NCBI GenBank assembly: GCA_963815455.1 | Contig: CAWFGO010000003.1 | Location: 512,001-576,000, forward strand | Origin: an uncultured Verrucomicrobiae bacterium | Lineage (GTDB): Bacteria > Verrucomicrobiota > Verrucomicrobiia > Chthoniobacterales > UBA10450 | DNA length: 64,000 nt | Direction: 5' to 3' | Shown: positions 10,921-22,517 of the stretch, piece by piece | Position numbering within the stretch: position 1 is the first letter of the stretch | Layout: every line of letters starts with the position of its first letter | The notes under the pieces: generated by a model | What the model was told of the DNA's origin: nothing | Database searches by the model: none | The model's input: the letters and a program-made list of their open reading frames with translations, nothing else | Made by a program: the position numbers and the translations under genes

Positions 10921-13512
10921 GCGATAACTCGCGAGTTCGCGCAGTCGCGAAATTTTTTTTCGACGGCGACAAGAAGTTTTTTGTCAAAGGCGTCACCTAC
11001 GGCCCGTTCAAGCCGGATGCGGAAGGAAACTATCTCGGCGCGCCCGGAACAGGTGGATGTCGATCTTGCGCTGATGCGCGAGAGCGGGCTGAACGTCGTG
11101 CGCATTTATCACGCGCCGCCGCGCTGGTTTCTCGATCGATGCGCCGCCGCCGGGATGCGGGTGCTGATCACTTTGCCATGGGCGAAGCACGTCGAGTTTT
11201 TGCGCCAGAAGAAAGGCGCGTGACGAAATCGCCGATGCGGTCCGGGAAGCGGTGAGCGCCAATGCCGGGTCATCCGGCGATCTTCGGTTATCTGGTGGGC
11301 AACGAAATCCTCCAGCACGATGGTGCGCTGGCTCGGCGTGCGCCGGGTCACGGAGTTTGTCGAGCATTTGATTCGAATCGGCCGCGCCATCGATCCCGAA
11401 CGTTCTTTTTTCCTACGCCACGTATCCGCCGACCGAGTATCTCCTGCCGCAGAATGTCGATTTCTTTTGCTTCAACGTTTATCTTCATAATCAGCGCGAG
11501 TTCGAACGATATCTGCTTGCGCCTGCAAAATCTGACCGAGGAAAAGCCGCTCATTCTCGGCGAGTTCGGCATGGACACGATCCGCCATTCGCAGGACGAG
11601 CAGGCCGAGATGCTCGGCTGGCACATCGACAGCGTGGTGAAATGCGGGCTGGCCGGCACGATTTTCTTTTCCTGGACGGACGAATGGTTCACCGGCGAGC
11701 AGGAAATCACCGATTGGGCGTTCGGCATCGTCACGCGCGAACCGGCAGCCGAAAAAAGCGTTTCACATGTTGCGGGAAAAACTCGGCTGGAGAATTCGCG
11801 TTCTGCCGCACCGTCGCTCTGTCAACAACGCCGTCTGTTTCGGTGATCGTCTGTTCCTACAACGGCGCGCAAGACGCTCGCGCGCCTGTCTCGAATCGTT
11901 AGGCCAACTCAACTATCCCGATTACGAAGTGATCCTGGTCGATGATGGATCGACCGACGATACCGCCTATATCGCCGCTCAGTTTCCCAAGGTCCGCTAC
12001 ATTCACCAGACGCAATCACGGCTTGAGCCACGCCCGCAACACCGGCGCGGCCGCAGCCAATGGCGAAGTGTTCGTTTATACCGATTCCGACTGCATGGCG
12101 GATGTCGATTGGCTCTATTATATGATCGGCACGCTGACGAGCGGCGATTACGCGGGGGTCGGCGGACCGAATATCACGCCGCCGGCGCAGAATTGGGTCC
12201 AGGCTTGCGTGGCTGCCGCGCCCGGCGGGCCGAGTCACGTTCTGCTGACGGACACGGTCGCGGAACACATTCCCGGCTGCAACATGGCGTTCTACGAGTG
12301 GGCGTTCGACAATGTTGGCGGATTCGATCCCGAGTATCGCAAGGCCGGTGACGATGTCGATTTTTGCTGGCGAATTCAACAGGCCGGCGGCGTCATCGCC
12401 TTCAGCCCGACAGCGATGGTCTGGCATCATCGGCGTTTTACTTTGCGCGCGTTCTTCAAGCAACAGGACGGATACGGCGAGGCGGAATCGCTCTTGCGGT
12501 TCAAGCATTTGATTTTTTTCGGCCCGACCGGCACCGCAAAATGGCGCGGCCAGATTTACGGTGCGCCGCGGTTCAGCTGGTTTCTAAACCGGCCGATCGT
12601 TTATCACGGAGTTTTCGGCGAAGGATTTTTCCAATCGATGTATCCGACTCCGCAATCGGAAGTAGCCGCGTATCTGAGCAGCATCGAATGGTTCGCGCTC
12701 ACGATTTTTCTTTTCGGTCTGGGAATTTTTCTGCCGTCGCTGCGGATCGTGCCCTACGTGATGCTGGGCGGCACATTTTGCGTGGCGCTCTCCTACATGG
12801 TGCGGGCCCATATCGAGCCGAAGTTCGACACCGTCGCACGCGCGGTTGCTCGTCATGTTTCTGGCTTTTGTGCAACCGCTGGTGCGCGGTTTTCGCGCTA
12901 TTTCACCTGGCTGCATTTCAAGCGCACGCCGAGAAGCGTGATCCGGACGCACGAACAGCTTCCCGCTGTGGCGCGGTTTTCAGGAGCGCTTGCTCGCCGT
13001 GTCTTTTGGAGCGAAGAAGGCCGGGACCGGCATCATCTGCTCGGCGCCATTTTTCAATTACTCGAAGAAGAAGGATGGCGTTACTCCACCGATTCGGGCT
13101 GGAACGAATGGGACATTCAGATCTACGGAAATTTCTGGTGGAGCGTTGCGCTGCAAACCGTCACCGAATACCACGGCGGCCCGAAATGCCTGACGCGCGT
13201 CAAGCTCCGAGTCGCGTCTGGTGCCCACCACGGTGATTTTTAATTTCATTGTCGCTGAGTCTTTTGATTTATCGGCAGGTCAATATTTCCCATATCGATC
13301 TTTGGTTCATCGTTCCTTATGGCTTGTTTCTGCTTTTTCTCGCCAACCGCGCTCGCGCGTTGAAATTGCGCGTTGCCGAACTGGTCGATCTTGCTGCCTA
13401 TCGCGCCGGTCTCCAGCGCATCACCCGTCGCTGGCGCGGGAAACCTGTCGCCGCCAAAGCCGAGCCGCAACTGGAAGTTCCGATAAACACCGATCCGGCC
13501 GCGCGCACTTAG
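10848..13512 (+). CDS. glycoside-hydrolase-like TIM barrel plus GT2 glycosyltransferase with membrane C-terminus (frameshifted)
   Basis: KFFVKGVTYGPF, GLNVVRIY, YLVGNE, LILGEFG, then VSVIVCSYNG, VILVDDGSTD, YTDSDC, GDDVDFCWR. Confidence 0.8.
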
Positions 13513-13548
13513 GCGTCGGTGATAATGAAGTTGCATAGCCGGCATTAT

Positions 13549-13565
13549 GTACCTACTGTAGCTAC
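13549..13565. promoter_or_regulatory. possible vapBC autoregulatory operator
   Basis: Imperfect inverted repeat tacctac-t-gtagcta immediately upstream of the antitoxin ATG. Confidence 0.3.
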
Positions 13566-13567
13566 GC

Positions 13568-13798
13568 ATGGAAACGGCGAAGTTGTTTACGACCGGCGGA
13601 TCGCAAGCGGTGCGGCTTCCCAAAGATTTCCGCTTTGATGGGGATGAGGTCTCCATCCGCAAAGAGGGGAAGGCTGTGATTCTGGAACCAAAATCGAAGC
13701 GAGGCTGGCCCCGGAATTTTTTCAGGCGGGTTCGCATTACGGACCGGGCCTTTAAGCGGCCCCCTCAAGGAAGCCTACCTCCTGCGCCTAACCTGTGA
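13568..13798 (+). CDS. vapB: AbrB/MazE-type antitoxin VapB
   Basis: [23 protein letters not shown]...VILEP. Confidence 0.9.
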   Translation: METAKLFTTGGSQAVRLPKDFRFDGDEVSIRKEGKAVILEPKSKRGWPRNFFRRVRITDRAFKRPPQGSLPPAPNL

Positions 13799-13810
13799 AC
13801 GAGCAAGTCC

Positions 13811-14206
13811 GTGGAGTATCTTCTCGATACTGACACCTGTGTTGATTTGCTGCGTGGGCTGCGCTCCGTGATTGGCAAACTGGAGCAGCTCGCGCCCGAA
13901 GATTGCACCATCTCAGCCATCACTACCTTCGAACTGTTTGCCGGCGCGGCCAAAGCCCGCCAGCCCCGCGCGGAAATGGACAAGATCAAACGGCTGGTCG
14001 AGGTCGTGGAGGTAGCCAGTTTTGACGCGGCGGCGGCTCGTCAGGCGGGATCGCTCCGAAATCGTCTGGACAAAGCAGGCACACCGGTCGGGCCCTATGA
14101 TTTGCTAATAGCAGCGCACGCGCTTGCCTTGGATGCCACCCTGGTCACTGCGAACATCGTCGAATTCAGCCGGGTTCCCGGTCTGCGAATTGAGAGTTGG
14201 AGATGA
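13811..14206 (+). CDS. vapC: PIN-domain toxin VapC
   Basis: YLLDTDTC, ISAITTFEL, GPYDLLIAAHA, LVTANIVEFSRVPGLRIESW. Confidence 0.92.
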   Translation: MEYLLDTDTCVDLLRGLRSVIGKLEQLAPEDCTISAITTFELFAGAAKARQPRAEMDKIKRLVEVVEVASFDAAAARQAGSLRNRLDKAGTPVGPYDLLIAAHALALDATLVTANIVEFSRVPGLRIESWR

Positions 14207-14218
14207 AAGCGTGCCGGC

Positions 14219-14941
14219 CTACTTCGCCGGCGAGATCAAGTAAATGACGTGAACGCTTTGGCTAACGATGATTGGAGCCAGCCGATATTCCGGTCCCGGT
14301 GGCGCTTCGTAACGCTGCACTAAGTCAGTTTGTGCTAAACCGAGAAGCCTGTCCTGAATGGAACGGAAATTCACCGGTGAGACAGCGAAGACAGAATCGA
14401 TCTTCATTCCGATCGGTTTGAGGGTTTTTTCAGCTTGATCTCGAGCATCGGCGAGAGCTTTCTGCCAGACTTCGGGCTTAATCTCCTTTTCGTTGGCCAG
14501 TTCACCGTCGATTCCCGAAAATTCTACGCCTTGGATATTGATCACTTCATCGGCAAGCTTTGGAAAGACAACGATATCACGCACTCGAACTCGAAAACTG
14601 CGGGTCACCTTGTAACCGATGAGCTTTCCACGTCGGGAAGAATATTCCTCGCCCTGCTCGAATTCTGGCTGTGATTGAAGATTTTCCGCAATAACATCGT
14701 TTTCGGCGATTTTGCGTTCGTTAAGCAGCGCGAATATCTTTTTCGCGTTCAATTGAACTTGCTGATTTGCTTTCTGTTGATCCGGCGCGCGCGCGACCAA
14801 ATCGAATCGAATGGTAACAATATCCGCTGGCTTCTTAATTTCGCCGTTGCCTTCAACGTAGATGTAAGGCGTGTTCGGCAAGCCGCCCTCCGCTAACGCT
14901 GAGACCGGAAGAATGAGAACAGCGAAGAGAAGAAGTTTCAT
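14219..14941 (-). CDS. SIMPL (DUF541) domain periplasmic protein
   Basis: Signal peptide, IYVEGNGEIKKPAD, ALADARDQAE. Confidence 0.8.
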   Translation of the reverse strand: MKLLLFAVLILPVSALAEGGLPNTPYIYVEGNGEIKKPADIVTIRFDLVARAPDQQKANQQVQLNAKKIFALLNERKIAENDVIAENLQSQPEFEQGEEYSSRRGKLIGYKVTRSFRVRVRDIVVFPKLADEVINIQGVEFSGIDGELANEKEIKPEVWQKALADARDQAEKTLKPIGMKIDSVFAVSPVNFRSIQDRLLGLAQTDLVQRYEAPPGPEYRLAPIIVSQSVHVIYLISPAK

Positions 14942-15061
14942 GGATATACGTTAGCCTGCGAGCAGCAGAGAAGTCGATGTCGATCTTGGCGCGGGAGCGC
15001 ACGCTTCCAGCGTGCCGCGGCGACGAGGTCGCTCCCCAACGCCGTCGCTCGTATGACGCCG

Positions 15062-15988
15062 CTACAGATGATTCAGCGCGTCGGCAAAATCCTTCGGCAA
15101 AGGCGCTTCGAAACTTTTCCATTCACCGGCGCGGGGATGATTAAACCCAAGCTTCCAGGCATGGAGCATCTGGCGGGGATAATTCGTGGTCAGTTTCGCT
15201 GCGTAAACTTTGTCGCCCAGGACCGGATGACCCAGATGATGAAGATGGACCCGGATTTGATGGGTGCGGCCGCTGTGTAACCGGCATTCGATCAGGCTTC
15301 CGTTCTCGCCGGCCCGAATCACTCGATACTCGGTTTTCGCGGCGCGCCCGCGCGACGAAGCCACCGACATTCTTTGTCGATGCACTGGGTGACGGCCGAT
15401 CTTCTCTTCAATCATGCCCGTGCTCTGTTTCAATTTTCCGGCGACGAGCGCGAGATAAATCTTTTCGACTGTGCGCGCGGCAAATTGTTCCGACAATCCG
15501 CGGTGGGCTTCGTCGTTCTTCGCGACGACGAGGCAACCGCTCGTGTCCTTATCGAGTCGATGCACGATACCGGGACGTTCCTTGCCGCCGATTCCAGAGA
15601 GCTTCGGACAATGATAAAGGAGCGCGTTCACCAGTGTGTGCTCGCGGTGCCCCGCCCCGGGATGAACGACCAGACCGGCGGGCTTGTTGATCACGATCAG
15701 GTCGTCGTCTTCGAACAGAACATCGAGCGGAATCGGCTCCGGTTGATTGTCGATCTTCTCCAGAGGCGGCTCGATAAGATCGACATGATCGCCGGTGCGG
15801 ACCGATTCGCTCGGCCGGGCTGGTACGCCATTGAGCGTTACAGATTTGTCGCGGATCAATTGCTGGATTCGCGAGCGCGAATAGGCGGTAAGCTCTTTCG
15901 CCAGAAAACGATCAAGCCGAAGACGAGCGTCTTGTTTCGTTACGACTAGCTCAATTCGTGTCGGTTTGGCGCTGGAGAGTGGGCTCAT
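15062..15988 (-). CDS. rluD: RluA-family pseudouridine synthase (RluD-like, with S4 domain)
   Basis: RLDRFLA, INKPAGLVVHP, GIVHRLDKDTSG, GRTHQIRVH. Confidence 0.9.
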   Translation of the reverse strand: MSPLSSAKPTRIELVVTKQDARLRLDRFLAKELTAYSRSRIQQLIRDKSVTLNGVPARPSESVRTGDHVDLIEPPLEKIDNQPEPIPLDVLFEDDDLIVINKPAGLVVHPGAGHREHTLVNALLYHCPKLSGIGGKERPGIVHRLDKDTSGCLVVAKNDEAHRGLSEQFAARTVEKIYLALVAGKLKQSTGMIEEKIGRHPVHRQRMSVASSRGRAAKTEYRVIRAGENGSLIECRLHSGRTHQIRVHLHHLGHPVLGDKVYAAKLTTNYPRQMLHAWKLGFNHPRAGEWKSFEAPLPKDFADALNHL

Positions 15989-16066
15989 ACGTTTTCTGCC
16001 AAGAGTGTAGCCGGGATCGATGATCCCGGTAGAGCTTGCTGCCGTCATTTCTTTTTTTCCAAAGAC

Positions 16067-18286
16067 GTGAATGATACAGTCGATTCGATGGCTTCCGACG
16101 ACAGCGCGACGACTCAGTCTTGCCCGGCCTGCGGCGTTCCGATCGACACCGCGAATGCCGAGCCGTTGGAGCGCGTAGCCTGTCCGAAGTGCGGCGAGAA
16201 AGTCCGGGTGGAGCGGGCGTTCGATAATTTCGTTCTGGTCGAGACGCTCGGGATCGGCGGCATGGGCACGGTTTACAAGGCCCGGGACACATTGCTCGAT
16301 CGATTGGTGGCGCTGAAATTGTTGCGCAAAGATCTCGAGGGCGGAGTCGATCAGGCCAAACAACTACAGCAGGAAGCCCGGGTAACGGCATCGGTTAATC
16401 ATCCCAACGTGGTCCAGGTTTTTTCTTCCGGGACCGCTCACGGCCAATTTTATCTGGTAATGGAACTGGTCGATCACGGCAGCCTGGACGATTTGATCGA
16501 ACAACATAAACGGCTGCCGGAAGAACAGGTTCTGGAAACGGGCATCCAGGTCGCAAAAGGACTGCGCGCGGCCTACGCCAAAGGGCTCATTCATCGCGAC
16601 GTGAAACCGGCGAACATTCTTTTCAACGAGGAAAACGCGGCCAAGATCGGCGACTTCGGCCTGGCGGGCGTGGCCGCACAAGGGGCGGAGGATCGCGGCG
16701 AAATTTGGGGCACGCCGTATTACGTCGCGCCGGAGCGATTGAACAACGAAGCGGAGGATTTCCGCAGCGACATCTACAGCCTGGGCGCGACGCTGTTTCA
16801 TGCCGTTGCCGGTAAAGCGCCGATTGAAGGCGATACCAATTCCGCCGTCGCTCTGCTGAATCTAAAAAGGGAACCGATCGATCTCGCGACAGTCGCGCCG
16901 GAAGTTTCCGGGCCGACCGCGCAGGTTTTCCGTCGCATGATCGCGCCCGATCCGGCGCAACGTTTCTCTTCCTACGACGAACTCGTTACCGAGCTGGAGA
17001 ACGCCTATGGATTGTTAACCGGAAAAGACGAATTCCTGAAACGACGCCGGAGCAAATTACCATGGCTAATCGGCGTGGCGGCACTGGCTTTGGCCCTCAT
17101 CGGTGTCGGCTCCTGGGCGTATATTTCCCGCCAACACGCCCAAAAAGCTCTCAACGCCGCATCCGCGCGCGCCGAACAACTGGCAACATTGGCTCCACTC
17201 GAGGCGCGAGCCGCTGAGGCCCGGCGGCGTTTGGTCCTTAATCACTTCGACATCGCGGCCGAAGGCTTCGAACAAATTGCGGCCGAAGCAAGAGGGAAGC
17301 AGCCGTTCTACGATTGGGCACGCCTGCAACAAGGCCTCTCCTCATCAGTCGGACGAAAGACCACGCGCGCGGACGGAGCGTTTAAGGAAATAGAAAAAGC
17401 GGGTGAAGCGGGCTTTGCCAATGACGATGTCGATCTTGCGAAATTTTTCGGGACGACGGCGAAGAAGCTTCTCGAAACCAGTCCGGTGCCGGCCGGCGAA
17501 GTCGCTGGGATTAACGCCGATTCCTATCAGGCGTTCGCTCTCCTCGCCTTTGGGGTAAAGGACTTTAATGAAGCCGATATCGAGAATGCCACACAACTCC
17601 TGAAGCAGTTTATTGGCGCGAAACCGACTGGGAAATTTTCCTGGATCGCGGAGCTAAAGCCGATCGGCCGAAGGTATCTCCGCGATTGCGAGCTTTTCAC
17701 GGAGTGGAAAGAGGAAGCGGCCAAGGCTTCCGACGCGCCGGCGTTATCGGCCGCTCTGGCCAAGCTTCCCGATTTGAAAAAGAGACTGAAATCCTACGGC
17801 GCCATTATAAGCGAGTTGGATACCGAAGAAGCAAAGTTGAATCGGCGCTTAACGGAAGCGGGAGCGGCACAGAAAAAGGAAACGCAACAAACAGCGGAAC
17901 AGTTTGCCCAAAAAAAAGCAGGCTGGTTAACTGCTTGGAAAAAACAACTGATCACGGACATCAACCGGACACCTTTCTCGGGGCCGATTAGAGATAGCGG
18001 CGGCATGCAGTACACCGGCATCGTGGCGGCGACGGATCGAATTCTCAAGATGAAGCTCCCGTACGGCACTGCGCAACTCAGTTGGGCAAAGCTTCCCCCT
18101 CAAATACTCCTGGCAATCTCGACGTCGTTCGTTAAACCAAACGCACCCGACGCGGGAGATCGACGATGGCTCTGCGCCGTCTATGCCGCTGAAACCGGCC
18201 AGATGGAAGAGGCCCGGAAGCTGGCCGAGGAAGCCATCAAGGCCAAGCCGGAGTACCAGGACCAAGTCTCGTTGCTTATCAAATAG
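16067..18286 (+). CDS. membrane Ser/Thr protein kinase with N-terminal Zn ribbon
   Basis: CPAC/CPKC, GIGGMGTVY, HRDVKPAN, DFG, APE, then a TM helix and a helical C-terminal domain. Confidence 0.92.
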   Translation: MNDTVDSMASDDSATTQSCPACGVPIDTANAEPLERVACPKCGEKVRVERAFDNFVLVETLGIGGMGTVYKARDTLLDRLVALKLLRKDLEGGVDQAKQLQQEARVTASVNHPNVVQVFSSGTAHGQFYLVMELVDHGSLDDLIEQHKRLPEEQVLETGIQVAKGLRAAYAKGLIHRDVKPANILFNEENAAKIGDFGLAGVAAQGAEDRGEIWGTPYYVAPERLNNEAEDFRSDIYSLGATLFHAVAGKAPIEGDTNSAVALLNLKREPIDLATVAPEVSGPTAQVFRRMIAPDPAQRFSSYDELVTELENAYGLLTGKDEFLKRRRSKLPWLIGVAALALALIGVGSWAYISRQHAQKALNAASARAEQLATLAPLEARAAEARRRLVLNHFDIAAEGFEQIAAEARGKQPFYDWARLQQGLSSSVGRKTTRADGAFKEIEKAGEAGFANDDVDLAKFFGTTAKKLLETSPVPAGEVAGINADSYQAFALLAFGVKDFNEADIENATQLLKQFIGAKPTGKFSWIAELKPIGRRYLRDCELFTEWKEEAAKASDAPALSAALAKLPDLKKRLKSYGAIISELDTEEAKLNRRLTEAGAAQKKETQQTAEQFAQKKAGWLTAWKKQLITDINRTPFSGPIRDSGGMQYTGIVAATDRILKMKLPYGTAQLSWAKLPPQILLAISTSFVKPNAPDAGDRRWLCAVYAAETGQMEEARKLAEEAIKAKPEYQDQVSLLIK

Positions 18287-18361
18287 AATTGCCCCTGATG
18301 AAGGGAGCGCGACGAGGCGCAGTCCATCCTGTTTTGGCGCATCTTCTGCTCCCTGAAAGGG

Positions 18362-19258
18362 ATGCAGCGACATGTTCTCACCGCTTTCGCTTTCCTTCTC
18401 TTATCGATCACGGCCGCACACGCCGGACAATTGCCAATGACGGCAAACGAGGTGGGTCTGATGCTCCGTTCCGGTTATACCAACGACACCGTGGTGCGAG
18501 ACCTCGCCAAACGGCATTTCGCCGATACCATCGATGCCAAGTCGGAGGCGATGCTCATCCAGGCCGGGGCAACGATGGAACTGGTGAGCGCACTGAAGAA
18601 CGGAACTTACTCAGTGCCGGCGGAGGAGGCGGCTCGGGCCAAGGCAGAGTTAGCCGAACAGGCGAAGCGGCGCGAATTGCAAGCCGAAGAATCGCGCAAA
18701 TTCAGTACGCTTTACCAGGACCAACTGGCCCGAGAGCGTGCGACCGCTCTGCAGACCTTCCACAGCGCCAATACCACTTACGATTACTTGAAGGGATCTC
18801 TGGTCCGTCTCAGCAACAACGGCGTTGTCCGGCTTGATGACGAAGAAATCGGGAAAAAGAAACTGATCGCGTATTATTTTTCGGCCCATTGGTGCGTGCC
18901 CTGCCGCAAGTTCACGCCGCAATTGGTCGAATACTACAACCGGGTCGCGGCCGAGCATCCGGAGTTCGAAGTCGTCTTCTTCAGCATGGATAAATCGGCT
19001 GCCGAAATGGAGCAGTACATGCGTCAGAACAACATGCCCTGGCCGGCGATCGAATATGACAAGCGTCAGGAGAAAGAAGAACTGTTAAAAGCTCATGGCA
19101 ACGGGATTCCGTCGCTCTTGCTGGTCGAATCGACTGGCAAACTAATCTCCAGCAGTTACGACGGGGAAAAATATCTCGGCCCGCAAAAGGTGCTGGCCGA
19201 TCTCGATGCGATCTTTGCCGGGAAAACGATCGCTCCGGTGACCGCGCAAACCCAATAA
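18362..19258 (+). CDS. exported thioredoxin-like (tryparedoxin/nucleoredoxin-type) protein
   Basis: Signal peptide; YFSAHWCVPCRKFTP; GIPSL. Confidence 0.85.
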   Translation: MQRHVLTAFAFLLLSITAAHAGQLPMTANEVGLMLRSGYTNDTVVRDLAKRHFADTIDAKSEAMLIQAGATMELVSALKNGTYSVPAEEAARAKAELAEQAKRRELQAEESRKFSTLYQDQLARERATALQTFHSANTTYDYLKGSLVRLSNNGVVRLDDEEIGKKKLIAYYFSAHWCVPCRKFTPQLVEYYNRVAAEHPEFEVVFFSMDKSAAEMEQYMRQNNMPWPAIEYDKRQEKEELLKAHGNGIPSLLLVESTGKLISSSYDGEKYLGPQKVLADLDAIFAGKTIAPVTAQTQ

Positions 19259-19406
19259 GACCGTAGCCGAGAGCGGCAACGAGGCTATGCCCGGTGTCGC
19301 CAACCCTGCGCGGCAAGCAGGGTCGCCTAGCGCCCGCAAGCAGCCGCTAAAAAAAAGCAATCCAGCGGCAGCGGCCCTTTGCCGGTATGATAAGCTTCAA
19401 TTCGAC

Positions 19407-20429
19407 ATGAAGATTGCTCTGCGCATCGGCATCCTCGTGGCTGCGCTTTTCGTAGTCACGATGCTTGTCTGGCAGGGGCTCAGGGCACACGGCGCGCCCG
19501 ATCCGATGCGGCCCAATACCAGCCCGACTGTTGCGTTCCTCGACATCGGCATCCTGGTTTTCCGGGAGGGACTGGAGTGCATCCTGGTATTGGCCGCGAT
19601 CACCGCCAGCATGACCGGCGCCAAGCGCAGTCATCGCCGGCCAGTCGCTTTCGGCGCGGGGCTCGCTTTTGTCGCCAGTTTGATCACCTGGTTCGTCGCT
19701 GTGCGCATCGTCGGCTCGCTCAGCGACAACGTGTCGGCGCTCGATCTTCAGGCCGCCACCGGTCTTCTGGCTGTGATCGTTCTGCTGGTGATCATGAACT
19801 GGTTTTTTCACAAGATTTACTGGGGCGGCTGGATTCGGGCTCATAATCGCCGCCGCAAGACGCTCCTGGAAAACGCGAGCACCGTCGAAATTTCGCGGCG
19901 GCATCTCTGGTGGGGATTAATCCTGCTCGGGTTCACGTCGCTGTATCGCGAGGGGTTCGAAGTTGTTTTGTTTCTGCAAAGTTACAATCTGCGGCTTGGA
20001 GGCGGGGTCGTGCTCAAGGGCGCCCTGCTCGGCCTCACTCTTTCGGCCATGGTCGCGGTGCTCACATTCGTTCTTCAACAACGTCTGCCTTATCGAAAAA
20101 TGCTCATCACCACCGGCATTCTTCTGGGAGTGGTCCTGCTGGTGATGGTCGGCGAACAAGCCCAGGAAATGCAATTGGCCCACTGGATTTCGACCACGCC
20201 AATCGGTCGCCTCGAAAATGTGATTCCGCCCTGGATGGGAATGTGGTTTGCCGTTTTCCCGACTGTCGAGACTCTCGCAGCCCAACTCATTGCCGGGATC
20301 CTGGTAATCGGATCCTACTATGCCGCTCGACACTTCGGCGGCGTATTGCCTGAAAATGCCGAGCCGGTCGAGGAAGCGCGAGAGGAAGCCAAAGCCGTAA
20401 TTGCGGAGCAACTCGAACCGGTCTCGTGA
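19407..20429 (+). CDS. FTR1-family iron permease
   Basis: Two REGxE motifs (FREGLE, YREGFE) and multiple TM helices. Confidence 0.88.
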   Translation: MKIALRIGILVAALFVVTMLVWQGLRAHGAPDPMRPNTSPTVAFLDIGILVFREGLECILVLAAITASMTGAKRSHRRPVAFGAGLAFVASLITWFVAVRIVGSLSDNVSALDLQAATGLLAVIVLLVIMNWFFHKIYWGGWIRAHNRRRKTLLENASTVEISRRHLWWGLILLGFTSLYREGFEVVLFLQSYNLRLGGGVVLKGALLGLTLSAMVAVLTFVLQQRLPYRKMLITTGILLGVVLLVMVGEQAQEMQLAHWISTTPIGRLENVIPPWMGMWFAVFPTVETLAAQLIAGILVIGSYYAARHFGGVLPENAEPVEEAREEAKAVIAEQLEPVS

Positions 20430-20511
20430 CGTGGAACGGCAGAGGAACCGACAACTTGTCTTCGATCAGTTGTCGATCCTCCCCAGCGATTTCCAGCCTG
20501 CGGCCCCCGAA

Positions 20512-21805
20512 CTATTCGTAACGCAGCGCTTTCACCGGATCCAGACGCGCGGCGAAGTAGGCGGGGATAATCGCAAATATCCAGCAGATGAAGAACGCCC
20601 CGATGCAAACTCTGGCCACATCATACGGCACAATTTGGGCCGGGATTTCAGAGAATTGATAAACTTCGCGGGGGAAAATCTCGATGTGCAATGTCGAGGC
20701 CAGCAGTCGGCTAAATTCGTTGCGGTAACGAATTAGCGTCATACCTAGCCCAAGCCCGATCGCAGTGCCGAACAGACCGACGATTACGCCCTGGCCCATG
20801 AAGACCCACACAATTTGCGAAATTCTGGCGCCGAGCGCTTTCATAATCCCGATCTCGCGCCGTTTTTGCACGGTCACGGTGATGAGCGTGTTCATGATTC
20901 CAAACGCCGCCACCACCACGATGAAGAACAAGCAGGAAGAACATGACGTTGCGCTCGAGACGAATCGCTTCGAAGAATTGATGGTTCATGTCGATCCATG
21001 TCTGCGCGAACTCAGGCGGTTCCAGGAACTTCTCAATCGATTCTTTTACGCGCTCGGCGATGTAGGGATTGTCTGTCTTAACCGTGATTCCGTGGAGCGC
21101 GTCGCCAAGACCGTATAACTCCTGCCCGATATGAACCGGCACGAGAAGAAATTCTGAGTCGTGCAAGTAATGACCGGTTTCATAAATGCCGGTCACGGTC
21201 AGCTCCTTGGGCAAAATCACGTCGCGCAGTTGATCGATCGCCTGTTTTTCCTGGGCGCCCTTGGCGTTTTCCAGCTTCTTAATTCCATCAAGAACCTGAT
21301 TAAGATTACCCGGCGAATAAACCGTGACCTTGTCGCCGACATGGACCTGTAATTTTCGCGCCAGTTCGACTCCAATCACGGTCGATTCGCCGTCCAGATC
21401 GAGCTTGCCCTCCTTAATGAACTTCTTCAGCGGAATGACTTTCTCCTCCTGAGCCGGATCGATCCCGCGGATCATCGGAGCCAGCCGGCGATTTTGAAAT
21501 TCTACGATCACCGGGCCCTGAACGAACGGCGCGGTGGCGACCACACCCGGGGTATTGTCGATCTTCGTTCTCAACTCGCGCCAGTCCCGCAGGACATCCT
21601 CCGTAGTAACAAGAATGTGCGCGTCGAACTCGATCACTTTCCGGCGCAGCTCGCGATCGAACCCGGTCATGACCGAGATAACGAGAATGAGCACGGTCAC
21701 TCCGAGCATCACGCCGATAATCGAAATGAGTGTGATGATCGAAATGAACGTGCGTTTCGGCTTGAGATAACGCAGCGCCAGAAAAAGACTAAACGGCAGT
21801 TTCAA
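20512..21805 (-). CDS. LolC/E-family lipoprotein-releasing ABC permease (frameshift near 20930)
   Basis: LALRYL, VISVMTGF, REIGIMKALGA, PAYFAARLDPVKALRYE. Confidence 0.88.
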
Positions 21806-21854
21806 TTCGGCGATACCGTGGACGGGATTCCCCCAGTTTTCCAGAATTGAATGT

Positions 21855-21942
21855 TGTAGCGGCGGTCTCCGACCGTCGCACTTTGGATTGCCCGCGCCCG
21901 CGCCCAGAGAAAATAGTGCGACAGTCGGAGACTGCCGCTACA
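21855..21942. repeat. 88-bp REP doublet hairpin, left of RAYT
   Basis: TGTAGCGGCGGTCTCCGACCGTCGCAC...GTGCGACAGTCGGAGACTGCCGCTACA, with GTAG ends. Confidence 0.92.
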
Positions 21943-21950
21943 AGTGGAGG

Positions 21951-22421
21951 ATGGTTGAACGCCTGAGGCGCCTCGAATGGACGTTTGAGCGCGCGCCAAT
22001 TTATTTTATAACCGCTTGCATACATAAAAGGCGGCATTTGCTGGCAAATGATGCGGCTCATAACGTGTTCCAACGGTTTTGTGAATCCGCACCCGATCAC
22101 GGCGCCTGGGTCGGCGCATACGTCTTAATGCCGGATCACTTTCATCTCTTCGTTGGATTGGACCACGAGCGGCTCGCCTTATCAGCGTGGATGAACTCTT
22201 TGAAAGGCATCGTCTCCGCACATTTTCGAGAAGCTGCTGTCGGCCGGCCCTATTGGCAGAAGGGATTCTTCGATCACGTCCTGCGAAGCGGAGAATCCTA
22301 TTCCGAAAAATGGCACTACGTTTGCGAAAATCCGGTCCGGGCGGGTTTGGTGTCGCGGTGGGAAGAGTGGCCCTACGCGGGAGAAATTTGCGATCTCGAA
22401 TATCGACGCGACCGGATCTGA
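21951..22421 (+). mobile_element. REP-associated tyrosine transposase (RAYT, Y1 HUH family)
   Basis: YFIT, YVLMPDHFH (HUH), WQKGFFDH, YVCENPVRAGLV...WPY; flanked by REP hairpins. Confidence 0.92.
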
Positions 22422-22427
22422 CTTCGC

Positions 22428-22515
22428 TGTAGCGGCAGTCTCCGACCGTCGCACTTTGGATTGCCCGCGCCCGCACCCAGAGAAAATAGTGCGACAGTCG
22501 GAGACTGCCGCTACA
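22428..22515. repeat. 88-bp REP doublet hairpin, right of RAYT
   Basis: Direct repeat of 21855-21942 with 2 substitutions. Confidence 0.92.
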
Positions 22516-22517
22516 AA

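Noticed and set aside
15989..16363. N-terminal extension of RluD in the ORF track
   Set aside because: It is antisense to the kinase gene and crosses a REP; the likely start is 15988.
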